Assembly (NCBI RefSeq): GCF_963506605.1
Contig: NC_083281.1
Span: forward strand, 56,792,001 to 56,856,000
DNA from: Zootoca vivipara
Lineage: Eukaryota
DNA: 64,000 nucleotides
Reading direction: 5' to 3'
The stretch's first letter is position 1. The number at the start of each line of letters is the position of its first letter. The translations under genes and the position numbers were made by a program. Shown here in pieces: positions 12,331-42,028 of this stretch. The notes under the pieces were generated by a model. The model did not search any database and was not told the DNA's origin. It worked only from the letters and a program-made list of their open reading frames with translations.

Positions 12331-15300
12331 AAATAAATACATAAATACATAAAAACAGATGGAAAAATATGATGGAAGCTGATGGACTCAAAGGAAGCTG
12401 AAGTTGTTACAATAACATTGTGCAAATTGCCTATCTCAAAATTGAAACTTGTGGAATTTCAGAAAGTTCTGCAGATTCTGGGAAGTGATGTTATGTGCAA
12501 CCCAATCTCCGAGCAGTAAAGTTTCAGGGGTCCCAGGACATACCATGGGTTTGGTTTCTTTGGAATGAAGGCTACTGTGTGGAGGCTTATGGTGTCTTTG
12601 GGATACACAATTTATTTGTATGTATGTACAGGCAGAGCATAAGGCAGAAGGACTCTTAAGCATGAACATTCCAACAGATCTTGCTCTCCCATTAGGCTTA
12701 TAGTGTCTGTAGAGATAAATCAAGTCTCTCTCTTTCCACCCCAGTTCCATGGTAAGAATGCCAGGCTTACTGCCCCTTTCACGGACATGCACCTTACTGA
12801 CCCCCCCTCACACTAGAGCAGGTCATGGAAATCTAAGAAGATGCCCTTTAAACAGGCTGGCTGCTGCCCTCCCTTCACCTACTTGCTACTGAAAGAGTCA
12901 GCCAACTTCACATGAAAGGACACTAAAGTGAAAGAGACCATGACTAATTAGGAGAGCATTCTGCTATAAACATGTTTGCTGGTGTTTTAATGATTTTGCT
13001 CAGCCTATAGGAAGTAACGTTAAAGCGAAACATCCCATTCACAGTGGCTGAAAAGGCTGCTCGTTACAGCAAACGAGAACTAATGTATCTTAAGATCCCA
13101 CAGAATGAACAAAAGTATCTCCAGAGGTTGTGTAATCAAACACTGAAGTCAAGCAGCTTCAAATAAAATACTAGACACCCCCATCCTCATGCACAATGCA
13201 CTCATGACATTTTGTGACAACCTTGGCAGAGCTGGGAAGGGGCATATTTGAATGCAAGAGAATACAGTACAGTATTTTATTTCATAAAGAATTATGGAAG
13301 ATGTAATGATAGGAAATGGGAATGTGTTTGTTAAGTGGCAGCCTGGAGGAATGAGCATGGGGAGCACCAGCAGAGAATGGAGACCAAGGGCAGCCAATGC
13401 TTCCCAGAGAGTTCAGTCTGAGCAGGAGTTGCACAAGTCATGTTTGTTCTATGCTTCAGTATCATTTTATTCAAGTTTGGAACAGCAAATCTTGCAGGGA
13501 GCTTCCCCCAATGACATTGCTACAAATATGTCCTAACATCTTTTCCACATGGCACTGCTGCCCAGTCTCCTCCCACACTTCCTAAAATCAGGTGCAAGGA
13601 TGCCATCTATTTGGCACACAAGTATCTTCTAGCTTTGTCTTTTCAGGTCCAGACAGCCGCAAAACACCCCGTGCATTGGTTATACTGGTTTCCCCCTTCC
13701 CTCTTACAGTTTCATGGAAAATCCCAGCAGCAATCCCTAACAAGGTCCAGAGGGAGGGACGGCACAGCTTTGTTTGTCCAGAGCACGTGATTCATAAGGT
13801 GATTGCTTTGGCTCCAGGCTGCCCTGAGAGTCCAACTAAAGTATCTCTTTCTTGTTCAAAGCCATAGGCCACCACAATTAAATACAAAAATGGTAATACA
13901 GAATACATGTGAAAATGCAGGTTTCTTAACATACAGTATTACATTAAAAAAAACACCTCATGCTTAATTTAAGTACAACTTCTATCAGAAACAAAGGGGA
14001 CATGGACCATCCATATAAACTTGTGCCAATATACTACAAACATAACAGGGCAAAAGCACATCCCATTCACACACAGCCCCCTCCTTTTTGGTCAGGCTCT
14101 TAATTTTCTAGCAGTCAGAGCACATTTTGCAACCTAGATGGTAATAAAGACACCACTGCCAGCTAGCAATGTACACATCTGTAGGGGAGTGGGGTGGTGA
14201 TGGTGTTCCAACAGGATACCGGTAATTATTTTATTGCAGAATCTGTGCTCTTAAATAAAGGGGTTTTTTTGTGTTTTCTACACGTTGATAGGCTGGGGCC
14301 CCCAATCCAAAACATGACCATGGTGTTAGGGTAGAGTGGCTTTATCTGTCTGCTCCCTGCTATTGTTCCAATTTGGATTGGAGCCTCGGAACTCCCCCTG
14401 CCCAAACACACACATGCAGACTGCTGACTGGAGCATGTGTGTATCCAAATACACCATCTTAATCAAGACTATACAGGGGACAAAACTGTTAAAGCCCCAT
14501 ATTCCCCACCCACCAAGCCACCCACAAGTCCTGATCAAGATTAGACCCCTGTGTTGGCAATTTGTGTAAACCCCGTTAACCATGTATCATCTGGTTGAGG
14601 CCAAGAAAGAGGCCGTTGCTGCTTTTGCTTTCTTTGGAGGAGCCATTATGGTGCGAAATGGGTTCCTTAACAAAATGTACAACCCCCACTTCTATCCAAG
14701 TTGTAACAGGCTGATGTTCTTGTAAACTGAGGCTGCTTTACTTCACATGTACAGCTGGAGCCTTTTCCCTTCCAGGTACTAAGGGGCCCACTCAATAAAA
14801 AGGCAGTGAAAGACAAAGGTCTCTTGCTTTGGGTGGCGGAAAGGCAGTGGGCTCAGCCCAGCACAAAAGCCAATTAGGCTTGGGTCTAAGTTGAGGGACC
14901 AGATTTGAGCTGGTCTGCCATGTAAACACACTAATACCCTACAGCAGGACCGCTAAGACAATATGTCAGATGGAAAAAGGATGCCCATCTCACAGTACTG
15001 ATGTAACACTTTGACAAGACTTGTGGACAAAGAGGAGCCAACCTTACAATCTGACCCAAGAAGTCAAGAAGTGTTTCCTGGAAGTGAGCGTCACTTGAAA
15101 ATACCACCAAATATTGCCTTTTATAACCACATGAGAATGCAAAGAACAGCTGCCAGAGCCCAGATCTGAGAAATCTCATATGTCCCAGGGGTGGCTGGTG
15201 CCCATTGGGACTGGTAGGGCATAAGGCAGGGAGACCAACAGTAGGTGGTGTCAGAGCCAATGACAGGCAGAGCCACCCCTGTAAGTAAGAAGACAGGCAG

Positions 15301-17199
15301 GTGGGGCTGGCTGAGGGCAGAGTGAGGTTGGTAGGGTTGTACTCTATTCACCCTAATGGAACAACCTCCACCATTCCACTTGGAGCTTCTCATTGTGCAA
15401 AGCAGAAGTTATGCCTCTAGAAATGCTGGTTAAAGGACTTTAGTCCCACAAGTCTCCAAGGGATACCTAGATACACAAAATGCCCCTAAGCAGAAATACA
15501 AAGAGCATTTCTTAAGATACCAAATCAGTGACCACAAATTGCTATGGAGGAGGCCTCCATAGAATGTCAGTTCCCAAAATCTAGTACCCAAATGCAAAAG
15601 AACCCCTCTTCCTCCCTCTTCAAAATAATTCAATAGATTTGGAGCTAAGGGAGAAGTGTATCAGAGCCAAACCTTGCCAGGTTCACCTGAGTGACACCAT
15701 CTGGCTAGAAAAATGCAACCGGGGGGGCGGGGGGGGAGCACTGGCTGGCCACTAGGTTAGCATTTCCCCAAAGCCCTCAGAACCCAGATACCAATGGCCA
15801 ACTCACACACACACACACCTGAGCCCATGCTTGCCTCACCCTCACCATGAAGGCATCATGGAACTTCAGGCCATGGAGAGGAGGCAGGCCTTCGGCATGG
15901 CAACCACTTGAAATGGAAAGACAGTAAGGGAAAGGTTCCTCCCATCAAACCATAGTGGCACAATGCTCTCTGCTCTTGCCTACCCTTGAGAAATGAGGTG
16001 CCTTCAGCCAAGATAGTGGTACCTGGGGCTGAGAATCTCTCGGAAGAGCCTCTGGTTGAAATTCCAGCTGGAAAGCAGAGGAGGACGGTGGTGAAGGTGG
16101 CAGCCAGGTGGAGGAGAGAACGCAAAAAAGGTCTCCTTCTTGGATGGGCTTCAGTTGCTTTCTAGGGTTTGGCCCAGCTGCATTTGGTGAGAATCCCTGG
16201 GATACAGAGACTGCAACTTTTTCTGAACTCAGCTTCTGAAATCATGGGACACAGTTATATTGCCCAGATTAGCAAATTATGTTTGTGTAAGAGAAGACAG
16301 CAAGAAAGTAAATCCCCTCCCCTTGTTACTTTTGGGTAGGGCAAATGAGCAATTGTTCCATGTTCAAAATAATGAAGGTACCAAAAGTAATTGCATTATT
16401 TTTTTGCAGACAGACAGCCTAATCAGGGTCGTAAATGAAGTCATGGGGGAGAAGAAGTCTAGCAAGTGCAACTACCCATGAGCGCTGAATTAAGAAGCCT
16501 CCAAGTCCAGAGGCCAAATCTGAGCTGCTGTGGGTGGGCAACATCCTGGTCCTGCTTGTGGGATTCTCAGTGATGTGTGATTGGCCATTGTTGGGCTAGA
16601 GGGGCTCACCTTGGCCTGATCCACCTGCTGGGCTTCTCTGGTGTCAGGATGGACTCCAACTCCTATCAGTCTCCTCTGGCCAGCATGGCTGATGGTGTCA
16701 AGGATTTTGTGGTGGGCTGTAGGTTCCCCATCCCTGCCTCCTGCTTTTACCTGAACAGGTGAATGAAGCTGCTTTGAATACCATCAGCCCAGCGGATCAA
16801 CTAGCCTCTACTTTAGCTGGCAGCAGCCACTCCCTTCCCACAGGCTTAGGCTCTTTCTCTAGTCCTGCTCAACTGGACATGCAGAGGGTGAGCCATGGAT
16901 GGACAAGCATTGAGTGGCAGTGGTTCTATTCCTACCTCTACCTGCCCTGTGGTTTGTGTGCAGTCCCACAAGAATGAGGAAGGGCTGCACCGGGTCCATT
17001 TCTGCACCCCCTGATGCTCAGAATCAACACAAAGCCAGCAAGGGAGACCATCCAAGGCTGGGAAGGGCAGTGCCATCCTCAGGGTGCTGAGAATGACCTC
17101 CAATTCTCTCCTTTCCTTCTAATCCTGGATTGTTACCAGAGTCAGGTATGGCCAAGAGTGCCAAGAGACCGTTGCTTAGTGGGGCAGTGCTTGGTTGGG

Positions 17200-18140
17200 G
17201 CAATGGGCAAGCAGCGGAGTCAGGCGGGTGAGGGAGGGAGGGCCGCACCCATGGCGGAGAAGCCCTGGCGCCCTTGGACATCTTTTCCCACTACATCCTA
17301 AAAAAAGCCATCTTGTGGTGGGACCAGGAAGGCCAGCGGACGCCAAGACCACCGAACATCGGGCCTGGATAGCGGCTGCTCTCCCAGTTTGTCCAGGGCC
17401 TGCCTTGGGCCTTTCCAGACCCGCCCTGACTTCCTCGACGGCTGCTGGAAAGGCGCCCCTCGGCAAGGGCCGGCAGCGAGGAGCCCCCTCTGTCGGGCGG
17501 CGGCTCCCAAGCGAGATGGGCACCTGCCGCCCACCTCCACCAGCCCCGGCCAATCTCCGCCCAGGAGGCGGCGCCGCCGCGCTCACCTGGGACGCCCCAC
17601 CCAGACCTTCCTGCGCGCCTCCAGGCTACGAGCCATGGCGGACGCCGGGAGAAGACCCGGGCAGCCGCGAGACTGGCATCAGGACCGGCCGGCGGGGGTG
17701 GCGATAGGAGAGCAGCCGTGGCCGTGGCAGCAGCAGCAGCAGCACCGCCCTCCCTCCCAAGGCACCACACTGGCCTCTTTTGACGCCCCTGCCGAGGCCC
17801 GAGGCGGAGGCGGCCTTCTGGACAGGCCGCTATGTCGCGCCCTGTGCACGGCCAGAGGTGAGGGCCCCGGGCCTGGTTAGATGTCCCTACTGTCCCGCGA
17901 TGGGGTGGGTCAGGGCGGTACGATGTCGACGACACGCCCCCTTCCCTTCGTGGGCCCGGGCTGCGATGTGTGTGTGTGGGATTGCGTTTGTAGCTCCTCC
18001 CCCGCTGCCCGCAGGTGAGCTCGGTGTGGGCGAGGCCACTGGCAGCTTCCCCCGATGGGGCGGGCAAAAGGGCTGTTGCATCGCGGGGACGGTGTGTTTA
18101 CCCCCTCTTCGCAGGCTGCCCAAAAGTAGCGAGGGGCACG
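17200..18140. promoter_or_regulatory. CpG island / MARVELD3 promoter
   Basis: High GC and CpG density around the first coding exon. Confidence 0.8.
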
Positions 18141-19580
18141 CCTCTGGCCTCACAGCTTGCTGGCAAGTGGGGCAGTGAGTGATTGCTGCTCAGCCGTCAA
18201 GGCAGATGGGCAGGTCTCCCCCCCCTCCCACTTTGCTCTCTCACAATCCTCAGGCTTCTGTGGTCAGCACAAGCTCCCTCCAGGGACAGGGGTGGCACCC
18301 AAGCGGCTGCCAGGTCACCCATGTTTCCTCCCAGCCTAAAACAGGGGTGAATAAACTTTTTCAGCCCAAGGACCTTATTCCATTCTGGTCAACTTTACAG
18401 GGGCCATATGGCCAGCGTGGGTGGGGCAACAAATGCTAATTTATTCACACATTCCTCTCTCCCTGTATCCCCACCAGGGGAGCAAAATAAATTATCAGAA
18501 TTTATCTTGCTCCCCTGGTGGGGAGCATTCTTGCAGCAGGTAAAACATGGCAGGGCGTGAGGTGAGGCTTGTATGGGGCATGGGGACCCTGCCCCCTGGG
18601 GAAGTCCCAAAAGCCATGTAGAGGAACCCAGATAGCCGTATTAGATGCCTGGGGTTCCCTATCCCTGGCCTATAACTAAGGGTGAAACATGAGGGGAGCT
18701 CTGAGGTCACTAACCCCAGGAATGAAAAGTCTTTCAATGTGGCATTGGGGCAGAGGATCCCTGGTAGAAGAAGGGAAGGATGGATCGTCACTGCCTGTTC
18801 AGATATGCTCCCTTAACCCCAGTAAGACTTGGGATCCAATCCACCCACAAAGCTGACCTCTATGAGTGGGCCTGGAGGGGCCAAGTGCCTTCCCCATTTC
18901 TTCATCTTCCACACAGCACTAGAGAAACGGCACTAACAGCACCTCTCTGCCCTTGCTTCTTCTTAGCCTGCTGCCAACAGCTCCAGCTCCTCCTCTGCAT
19001 GCTGATTGTCATCTGCAGCTCAGTCTCCTACAATTCAGCAGGTGGCTACACTGGTCTTTTCAGCCTGGGGAGCATTTACTACTACCAATACGGCGGGGCC
19101 TACAGTGGCCTCAGTGGAGCTGACGGGGAGAAAGCACAGCAGTTGGATGCCCAGTTCCACCAACTCAAGGTGCCACCGGCCCAGGTGGCCATGGCGGTTG
19201 GAGGGGCGCTGATGGCCTTTGCCTGCTTCCAGATTGTGGCTAGTCTCTTTCGAGTGCCCTGGCATTGCCCAGCCTGGCTGATAGTGGAGGCCGTTCTGGA
19301 TGTGGCCATTGCAATTGGTCTTGTGCCAGCTTTGTACTTCTACTACCACCACCTTCACGAGATCTATGCATCCTCTCTGTGCAAAGAGCGAGAGAACCTC
19401 TACCAGAGCAAAGGCTACAGGGGCTTTGGCTGCAATTTGCATGGAGCAGAGATCGCTGTGGGCTTCTTTGCTGGGGTGGCCATTGTGGCCTTTGCTGTTG
19501 GCGTTGTGTTGGCTGTCCGTGGCTTCAAGATTGTCCGGACCCTCCAAGCAAAACCATCATCACACAGCTATGAGCACTAG
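17635..19580 (+). CDS. MARVELD3: MARVEL domain-containing protein 3 (tight junction); exons 17635-17857 and 18967-19580, 278 aa as modelled
   Basis: [15 protein letters not shown]|ACCQ...[13 protein letters not shown]...[11 protein letters not shown]...[14 protein letters not shown]...[13 protein letters not shown]...HGAEI matches the ACCQ-type terminal exon. Phase-1 GT-AG intron; Kozak gccATGG. An additional upstream exon cannot be excluded. Confidence 0.92.
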
Positions 19581-19736
19581 TTTGGCCTCTGCTCTGCCTG
19601 TGTCGAAGGGAGAGCAGGATGGAGCAGCATATTAAGCCAAGCTAAGCAGTGCCTTTGAACCATGGACAGTGGCGGCAGTGATCACTTTCTGTCTAAACCC
19701 TACCTTCACAGTACTGTAAACATTCTCCAATTCTCC

Positions 19737-19960
19737 AAGAAAGAAGATTCCACCTAAACATTAGGAAGAACTTCCTGACAGTATGTGCTGTTCGACAGTG
19801 GAATTTGCTGCCAAGGAGTGTAGTGGAGTCTCCTTATTTGGAGGTCTTTAAGCAGAGGCTGGACAGCCATATGTCAGGAATGCTTTGATGGTGTTTCCTG
19901 CTTGGCAGGGGGTTGGACTGGATGGCCCTTGTGGTCTCTTCCAAATCTATGATTCTGATT
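19737..19960 (+). mobile_element. CR1 LINE 3' end in the MARVELD3 3' UTR
   Basis: ORF2 end (RRFHLNIRKNFLT...W), CR1 3' hairpin region and attct tail. Confidence 0.88.
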
Positions 19961-20428
19961 CCTATTTCTTTCCCATCATACATACCGATGCAAAGTCTAA
20001 CAAGACTACTCCCTGCTGAACATCACCTGTAATGGCAAGACGACCAACTTGTTCCCATCACCAACCAGCACTTGGTTTCTTCCCTCCGCATTCCTTTTTC
20101 CTTTCAAATCGTGCCTTTAGAGTGAGACCGTTGACCAGAGACTTTCAATATATTCCTTGGGGCAAAGTGCCATCTTGTTGGTATCCCTCAGAAAAAACTC
20201 CAGTCCTCTTATAGATAGCAAAATCTATGTCTTTTCCCACCCACCCCTTCTTACAGGTCTAAAATGCCAGAGAAAACGTTTTTCATTCCTTCTTCCATTC
20301 ACCTCATTGAGCTGCTTCCTTGATGAGGAAGTTATGCATTTGCCTTGAAGGCAAATGGTTCTACTAGATGTTCTGTGCAGTCTTGTTTCAAATTGTTTTC
20401 ATTATGAAATATAGTACTTTTGTACAAC

Positions 20429-20434
20429 AATAAA
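20429..20434 (+). terminator. Candidate MARVELD3 polyadenylation signal
   Basis: AATAAA preceded by a TGTA element. Confidence 0.55.
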
Positions 20435-21789
20435 ATCCCTACCTTGGTAATTCACTTTAAATGTCTATGTCAAAAGACACTACTAGAGATCTTTGACCGC
20501 CTGTGTGTAGAGAAGCATCTCCACACACACACAACACCTGACAGTGATGTGCAGTGATGAGGCGGAAGAGGGAACTCATTTTCCAAGCAAGAGCCAGCTC
20601 ACTTCCAAGGGGTGCATTTAACTGCATTTCCAGCAATACACACAGAAGAAATGCAGCACCTTGGAACACCTACATTCCCTGAGGTCCTATTTAACTGAGC
20701 ATTTAGTACCCTCTTCCTTGAAACTCTATAGAGCTTTTTTGGCACATTACACCAACATTCTCTCAACAGCTCATAGAAGGCTGTCTCCCAAAGCCTGGCA
20801 GTTACTGTGGTCCCCAAAGGACAATTTTGCATTTCCAAGAACATTTGTCCAATAAAACTTTTTCTGTAGCCTAGTCCCACGCCCACCCCCCAGAAAGGAA
20901 GGCGAGATTTGAGAAACCTTTGAAGGAAGAGCTGCAAAACGGGGGCCCTCCACATGTAGTTCGCTCATCAGCCCCAGGCAACATGGCAAATGGTCAAGGA
21001 TGATGATTCTAGTACAGCAACATCTGGAAGGCCACTGCTTTAATGTGACAATTTTTTGAGCAACGCCCAACCCTCTAGGACTGCCATCCTCTGCTATGCC
21101 TACTTTAAGGGCCAGAAAGCACAATTATTGTAGGAATTGTGTTATTCAACACATTTGTACCCTGCCTCCTGCAGACATAGAGGTATCCTGTACTCAATGT
21201 GCAACTCCTCCGTTAGACTGGGGTTTAGGTACCAGCCTGTGTTAACAAAAGTGCAACATAGTTAAGTTTTCCCTTCACAAGGCTTTCCCTTCACAATAAG
21301 TCTGGACCTTCTTCCACTGTGGGAAATGGAGAGGAAGACGGGCCACTGTGTAAAAAGATCCTTCAGTTGAGGGCTGGGGATGCTCAACTCCCAGCTCCCA
21401 TCATCCTCAACACCTAGATGGCCACAGGTTCAATTTCCTTGCTTTACCAAGTTCTAAAACCTATGTCCACACCTGCACCAATGCAGGGGAACTGCCTGGT
21501 CCCCACTTCTGTCCTGTAAAGAACGTCTTCATGCCTTTAACGCTTTATTGCTCTCTTTCAAGGCTGCAGAACAAGCCCTTCTGAGTGGAAAACCCTTGCG
21601 CAAGGAAATGGTTTAAGTCAGGTGTAGGGGTGGGGAACCTGTGTTGGACTAGCTCCCATCAGCCTCAGACAGTGTAGCCCATGATAAAGGCAGCTGTAGA
21701 GTTCACAGGTGGGTCATATCTCATTTCCAGCAGTCACCAGAACTCCTGGCTGCCTCTTACAAGTGAAGGAGATGGTGGAGTGGTTAAAG

Positions 21790-22298
21790 CAGTGATTTTC
21801 AACCAGTATGCCGTGGCACCCTGGGGTGCCTTGAATGATGGGAAGGGGTGCTGTGGGCAACACTGGCCTCTGTCCCTCTTTCCTCCCCTTCCTCCTCTGA
21901 TGCCCTCTTGCGTCTCTGCCTCCCAAAGGCTTGCACAGCTGTTTGTTGCAGCATCCCTGCCTACAAGCTCCCCAGGCAAATGCTGCCTCTGGGGCTGGCC
22001 AGGGGGTGTGTCCCAGGCCCTTGTGGGGCAGTGTGAGGTGGCACCTCTCTTTGGGGCGGGGGGGGGGGGAGCAGCTCAGAGACCAGAGGTGGCAGCTGCA
22101 GCTGCCCAAAGGACTCCCAAGGAGAAGAGAGGAGGCTGAGGCAGCACTCCACAAGGGAGGGTGTTCAAAAAAAGGGTGAGGCTGCCAGCTCTGCAGGCAA
22201 GGGGTGACATAATCGGGCTTCTGAGCCCCACAGGGGTGCAACAGAAAGAATGTAGTTGGTCAAAGGAGCCGTGGACCCAAAAAGGTTGAAAACTTATG
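21790..22298. mobile_element. hAT-type non-autonomous element A
   Basis: Imperfect TIR cagtgattttcaacc...ggttgaaaacttatg; 8-bp TSD ggttaaag at 21782-21789 and 22299-22306. Confidence 0.8.
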
Positions 22299-22306
22299 GG
22301 TTAAAG

Positions 22307-22555
22307 CAGGGGTCAGCAACCTTTTTCAGCCATGGGCCGGTTCACTGTCCCTCAGACCATGTGGTGGGCCGGACTATATTTTGGGGGGGAAATGAACAAA
22401 TTCCTATGCCCCACAAATAACCCAGAGATGCATTTTAAATAAAAGCACACATTCTACTCATGTAAAACCATGCTGACTCCCGGACCGTCTGCGGGCCGGA
22501 TTTAGAAGGTGATTGGGCTGCATCCGGCCCATGGGCCTTAGGTTGCCTACCCCTG
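22307..22555. mobile_element. hAT-type non-autonomous element B
   Basis: TIR caggggtcagcaacct...aggttgcctacccctg; TSD ggttaaag at 22299-22306 and 22556-22563. Confidence 0.9.
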
Positions 22556-23119
22556 GGTTAAAGGGTTGGACTACAATCTGGGCTGAAATCTCCACTACAA
22601 CCATGACTCAACTTTGGACAGTCAATCCAAAGTCTTAACCTTTCCTTCAGAGTTGCTCTGAGAACATTGAGGGGGATGACACCCTCCAGTACTACTTTGA
22701 GCTCCTTGCAGAAAAGGTGACCTTACTTCAACTCTGTGTCCCCTGAAGGGATACTTGTTTGTGCAAGGACTTGCCAACCTCCAACTCCCAGCTGTCTGAC
22801 CTACCATCATTAGTTGCCGGGGGCGGGGGGTAGGGAGGGGACCGAAGCCATCATCTTGCAGGTTCAGATTGCAACAGGAAAAGAGGCCTCGGTGCTGCCA
22901 TCTGTGTCTTGCCATACTCCCAACCCTGCTCATCCTATGAGGAAGAGGAATCTCAAAGCAAACACATTTCTTAGTCTTCGGGGATCCCCAAGGCTCTTTT
23001 TGCTGTGGTAGTGAAGAACAGACTTCTTCTGAATCTTGTTTGGACTCCAAAATCTCCACCTCCAGCAATCCAGCTAGTGAGCTTTGCATAATAATGGTTG
23101 CCTGGAAAATCACAAGAAT

Positions 23120-23214
23120 CCCATTCCCCACTGCCCTGATTTCATCCTATCCTTTGTGAGAGCACAAAGCCCCATTCCCCACTGCCTCAATTTCATCCTG
23201 TCCTTCATGAAAGC
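23120..23214. repeat. Imperfect 51-bp tandem duplication
   Basis: cccattccccactgcc...atttcatcct.tcctt starts at 23120 and 23171. Confidence 0.85.
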
Positions 23215-23705
23215 AGCATTGCCAGCTGGACGCACATCAAGTCTCACTGGGGGGTGGATGAGAAAGGCAGCTGACCGCAGCTCCAGTCAACAGGACCTCA
23301 GCAACGAATCATTTGCTAGGACAGTATATGTCTAGAGAACTTCCTGTGGCTCTCGAAAGTGCTTCTGCCTGGCTCCCCAACCCCCCCCCCCGTCACGGAA
23401 CCCAACAGCGGGTGGAGACCCAGCTTCTGTTTCTGTAAGGCAAACAGGCTGGCAATGAGCTTTAGGAACTTTAGCCAATCATAGATGGGAACTCTAAAGT
23501 GTTTTCCCCTTCTTTGCTGCTCCTGGAATCCTACACATGCCCCCCTAATCCACTGACTTCTGCCCTAAAAACTTATCTCTTAGGGAGTTGTCATACTTTG
23601 GAATCTTGGCCTTCAAAAACAGAAATGTCCTCTGCTCAACGTCTATGCAAGGAGCTGCAAAACCAGCTACTAAAAGCAGGAAAGGTCTCATTAAACCGCA
23701 TGGTC

Positions 23706-23711
23706 TTTATT
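23706..23711 (-). terminator. AP1G1 proximal polyadenylation signal
   Basis: AATAAA in the context tgtgttgtatctgtaatattggcactgaaaataaagacc, resembling the mammalian AP1G1 3' UTR as recalled. Confidence 0.7.
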
Positions 23712-24682
23712 TTCAGTGCCAATATTACAGATACAACACAAACGTCCCAGGAGGAGAACGAATTCAAATGGAATCCAGGACTCTGACAGGCTCAGGAAAT
23801 GAAAAGGGCTGAGGGGGGAAAGCAGCTTTGCAGTGGAGTCTTGAGATGAGTCTTTCTGCAGGCAAATGGTGCCCCCCCTTTCCATCTTTAAGCAACACAC
23901 ATTTCCTTTCTACCCACCTACCACAGCTGACAGCCAAGGATCAGACAAGAGGAGTTCCAAGATTTGGGGTGGGGGGCACGCTGAAGAGCAACTTGCTGGA
24001 GGGAGCAGCCAGTCTCGTCCATCATGATGCTTTCTGAGAGGGAGGCACTGGCCAAAGAGGACTTGACGTTGCTGCCTCCGCCACTGAATCCTCCAAAGCA
24101 GAGCTTCTGTCCAGAACAGCAGGTCCACCTATCAATCCCCTTCTCAGACTCAAGCCACTGCCCTTGGGGTGTGCAGTCAAGCGTAGAAAAGGCCCCCCAT
24201 GTCGGGGAACTCCAAGGAGAAAGGGTCTCCAGCATCCTTGGAATACATTTCCAACATGAACTCTGGATGAAAAGTGCCTGAAGGTGGTAACCCGGCTAGC
24301 AAGGAGCCGAAACAAAACTCGCTTCACTCACTCACTCACTCGCCCACGCCCACCGGAGGAGAGAAGGTGGCAGGCGGGGAGAAACAGTCGCACATGCCAC
24401 AGTGCACCTCCCCTCCCCCCTATTCCAAAACAAGGGGAACGTGGCTTCTGTGGCAAGTGTGGCTCAGCAGCCAGGAGAGGAGAGAAGAGAGAGCGAGCCA
24501 GCAAGTGTCTTAAGAGATATGCTTCATCAAGGTGAGCAAGGCCAGTCCTCCTGCTCTGCAGCAGCCGCTGCTCTCGTCAGCTCCCCTGGCCATGGTGCAA
24601 GTGGGGGGATTTCTGGAGTCACAGCGCTCTGCCCAGCGTTCCTTCGGCCAACCAGGTGGGGTGAGGAGGGTGGGGCCAGAGC

Positions 24683-42028
<17,346 letters not shown>

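Noticed and set aside
15856-16125. ORF with a signal-peptide-like N-terminus
   Set aside because: TTG start and no supporting homology.
16610-16750. Open 47-codon exon-like frame
   Set aside because: Sequence is a decayed copy of the common MITE, so unlikely to be protein-coding.
17176-18178. Several long overlapping ORFs
   Set aside because: Stop-poor CpG island; only the MARVELD3 frame has homology.
22622-23131. 169-aa ORF as a PHLPP2 5' remnant
   Set aside because: No convincing similarity by eye.
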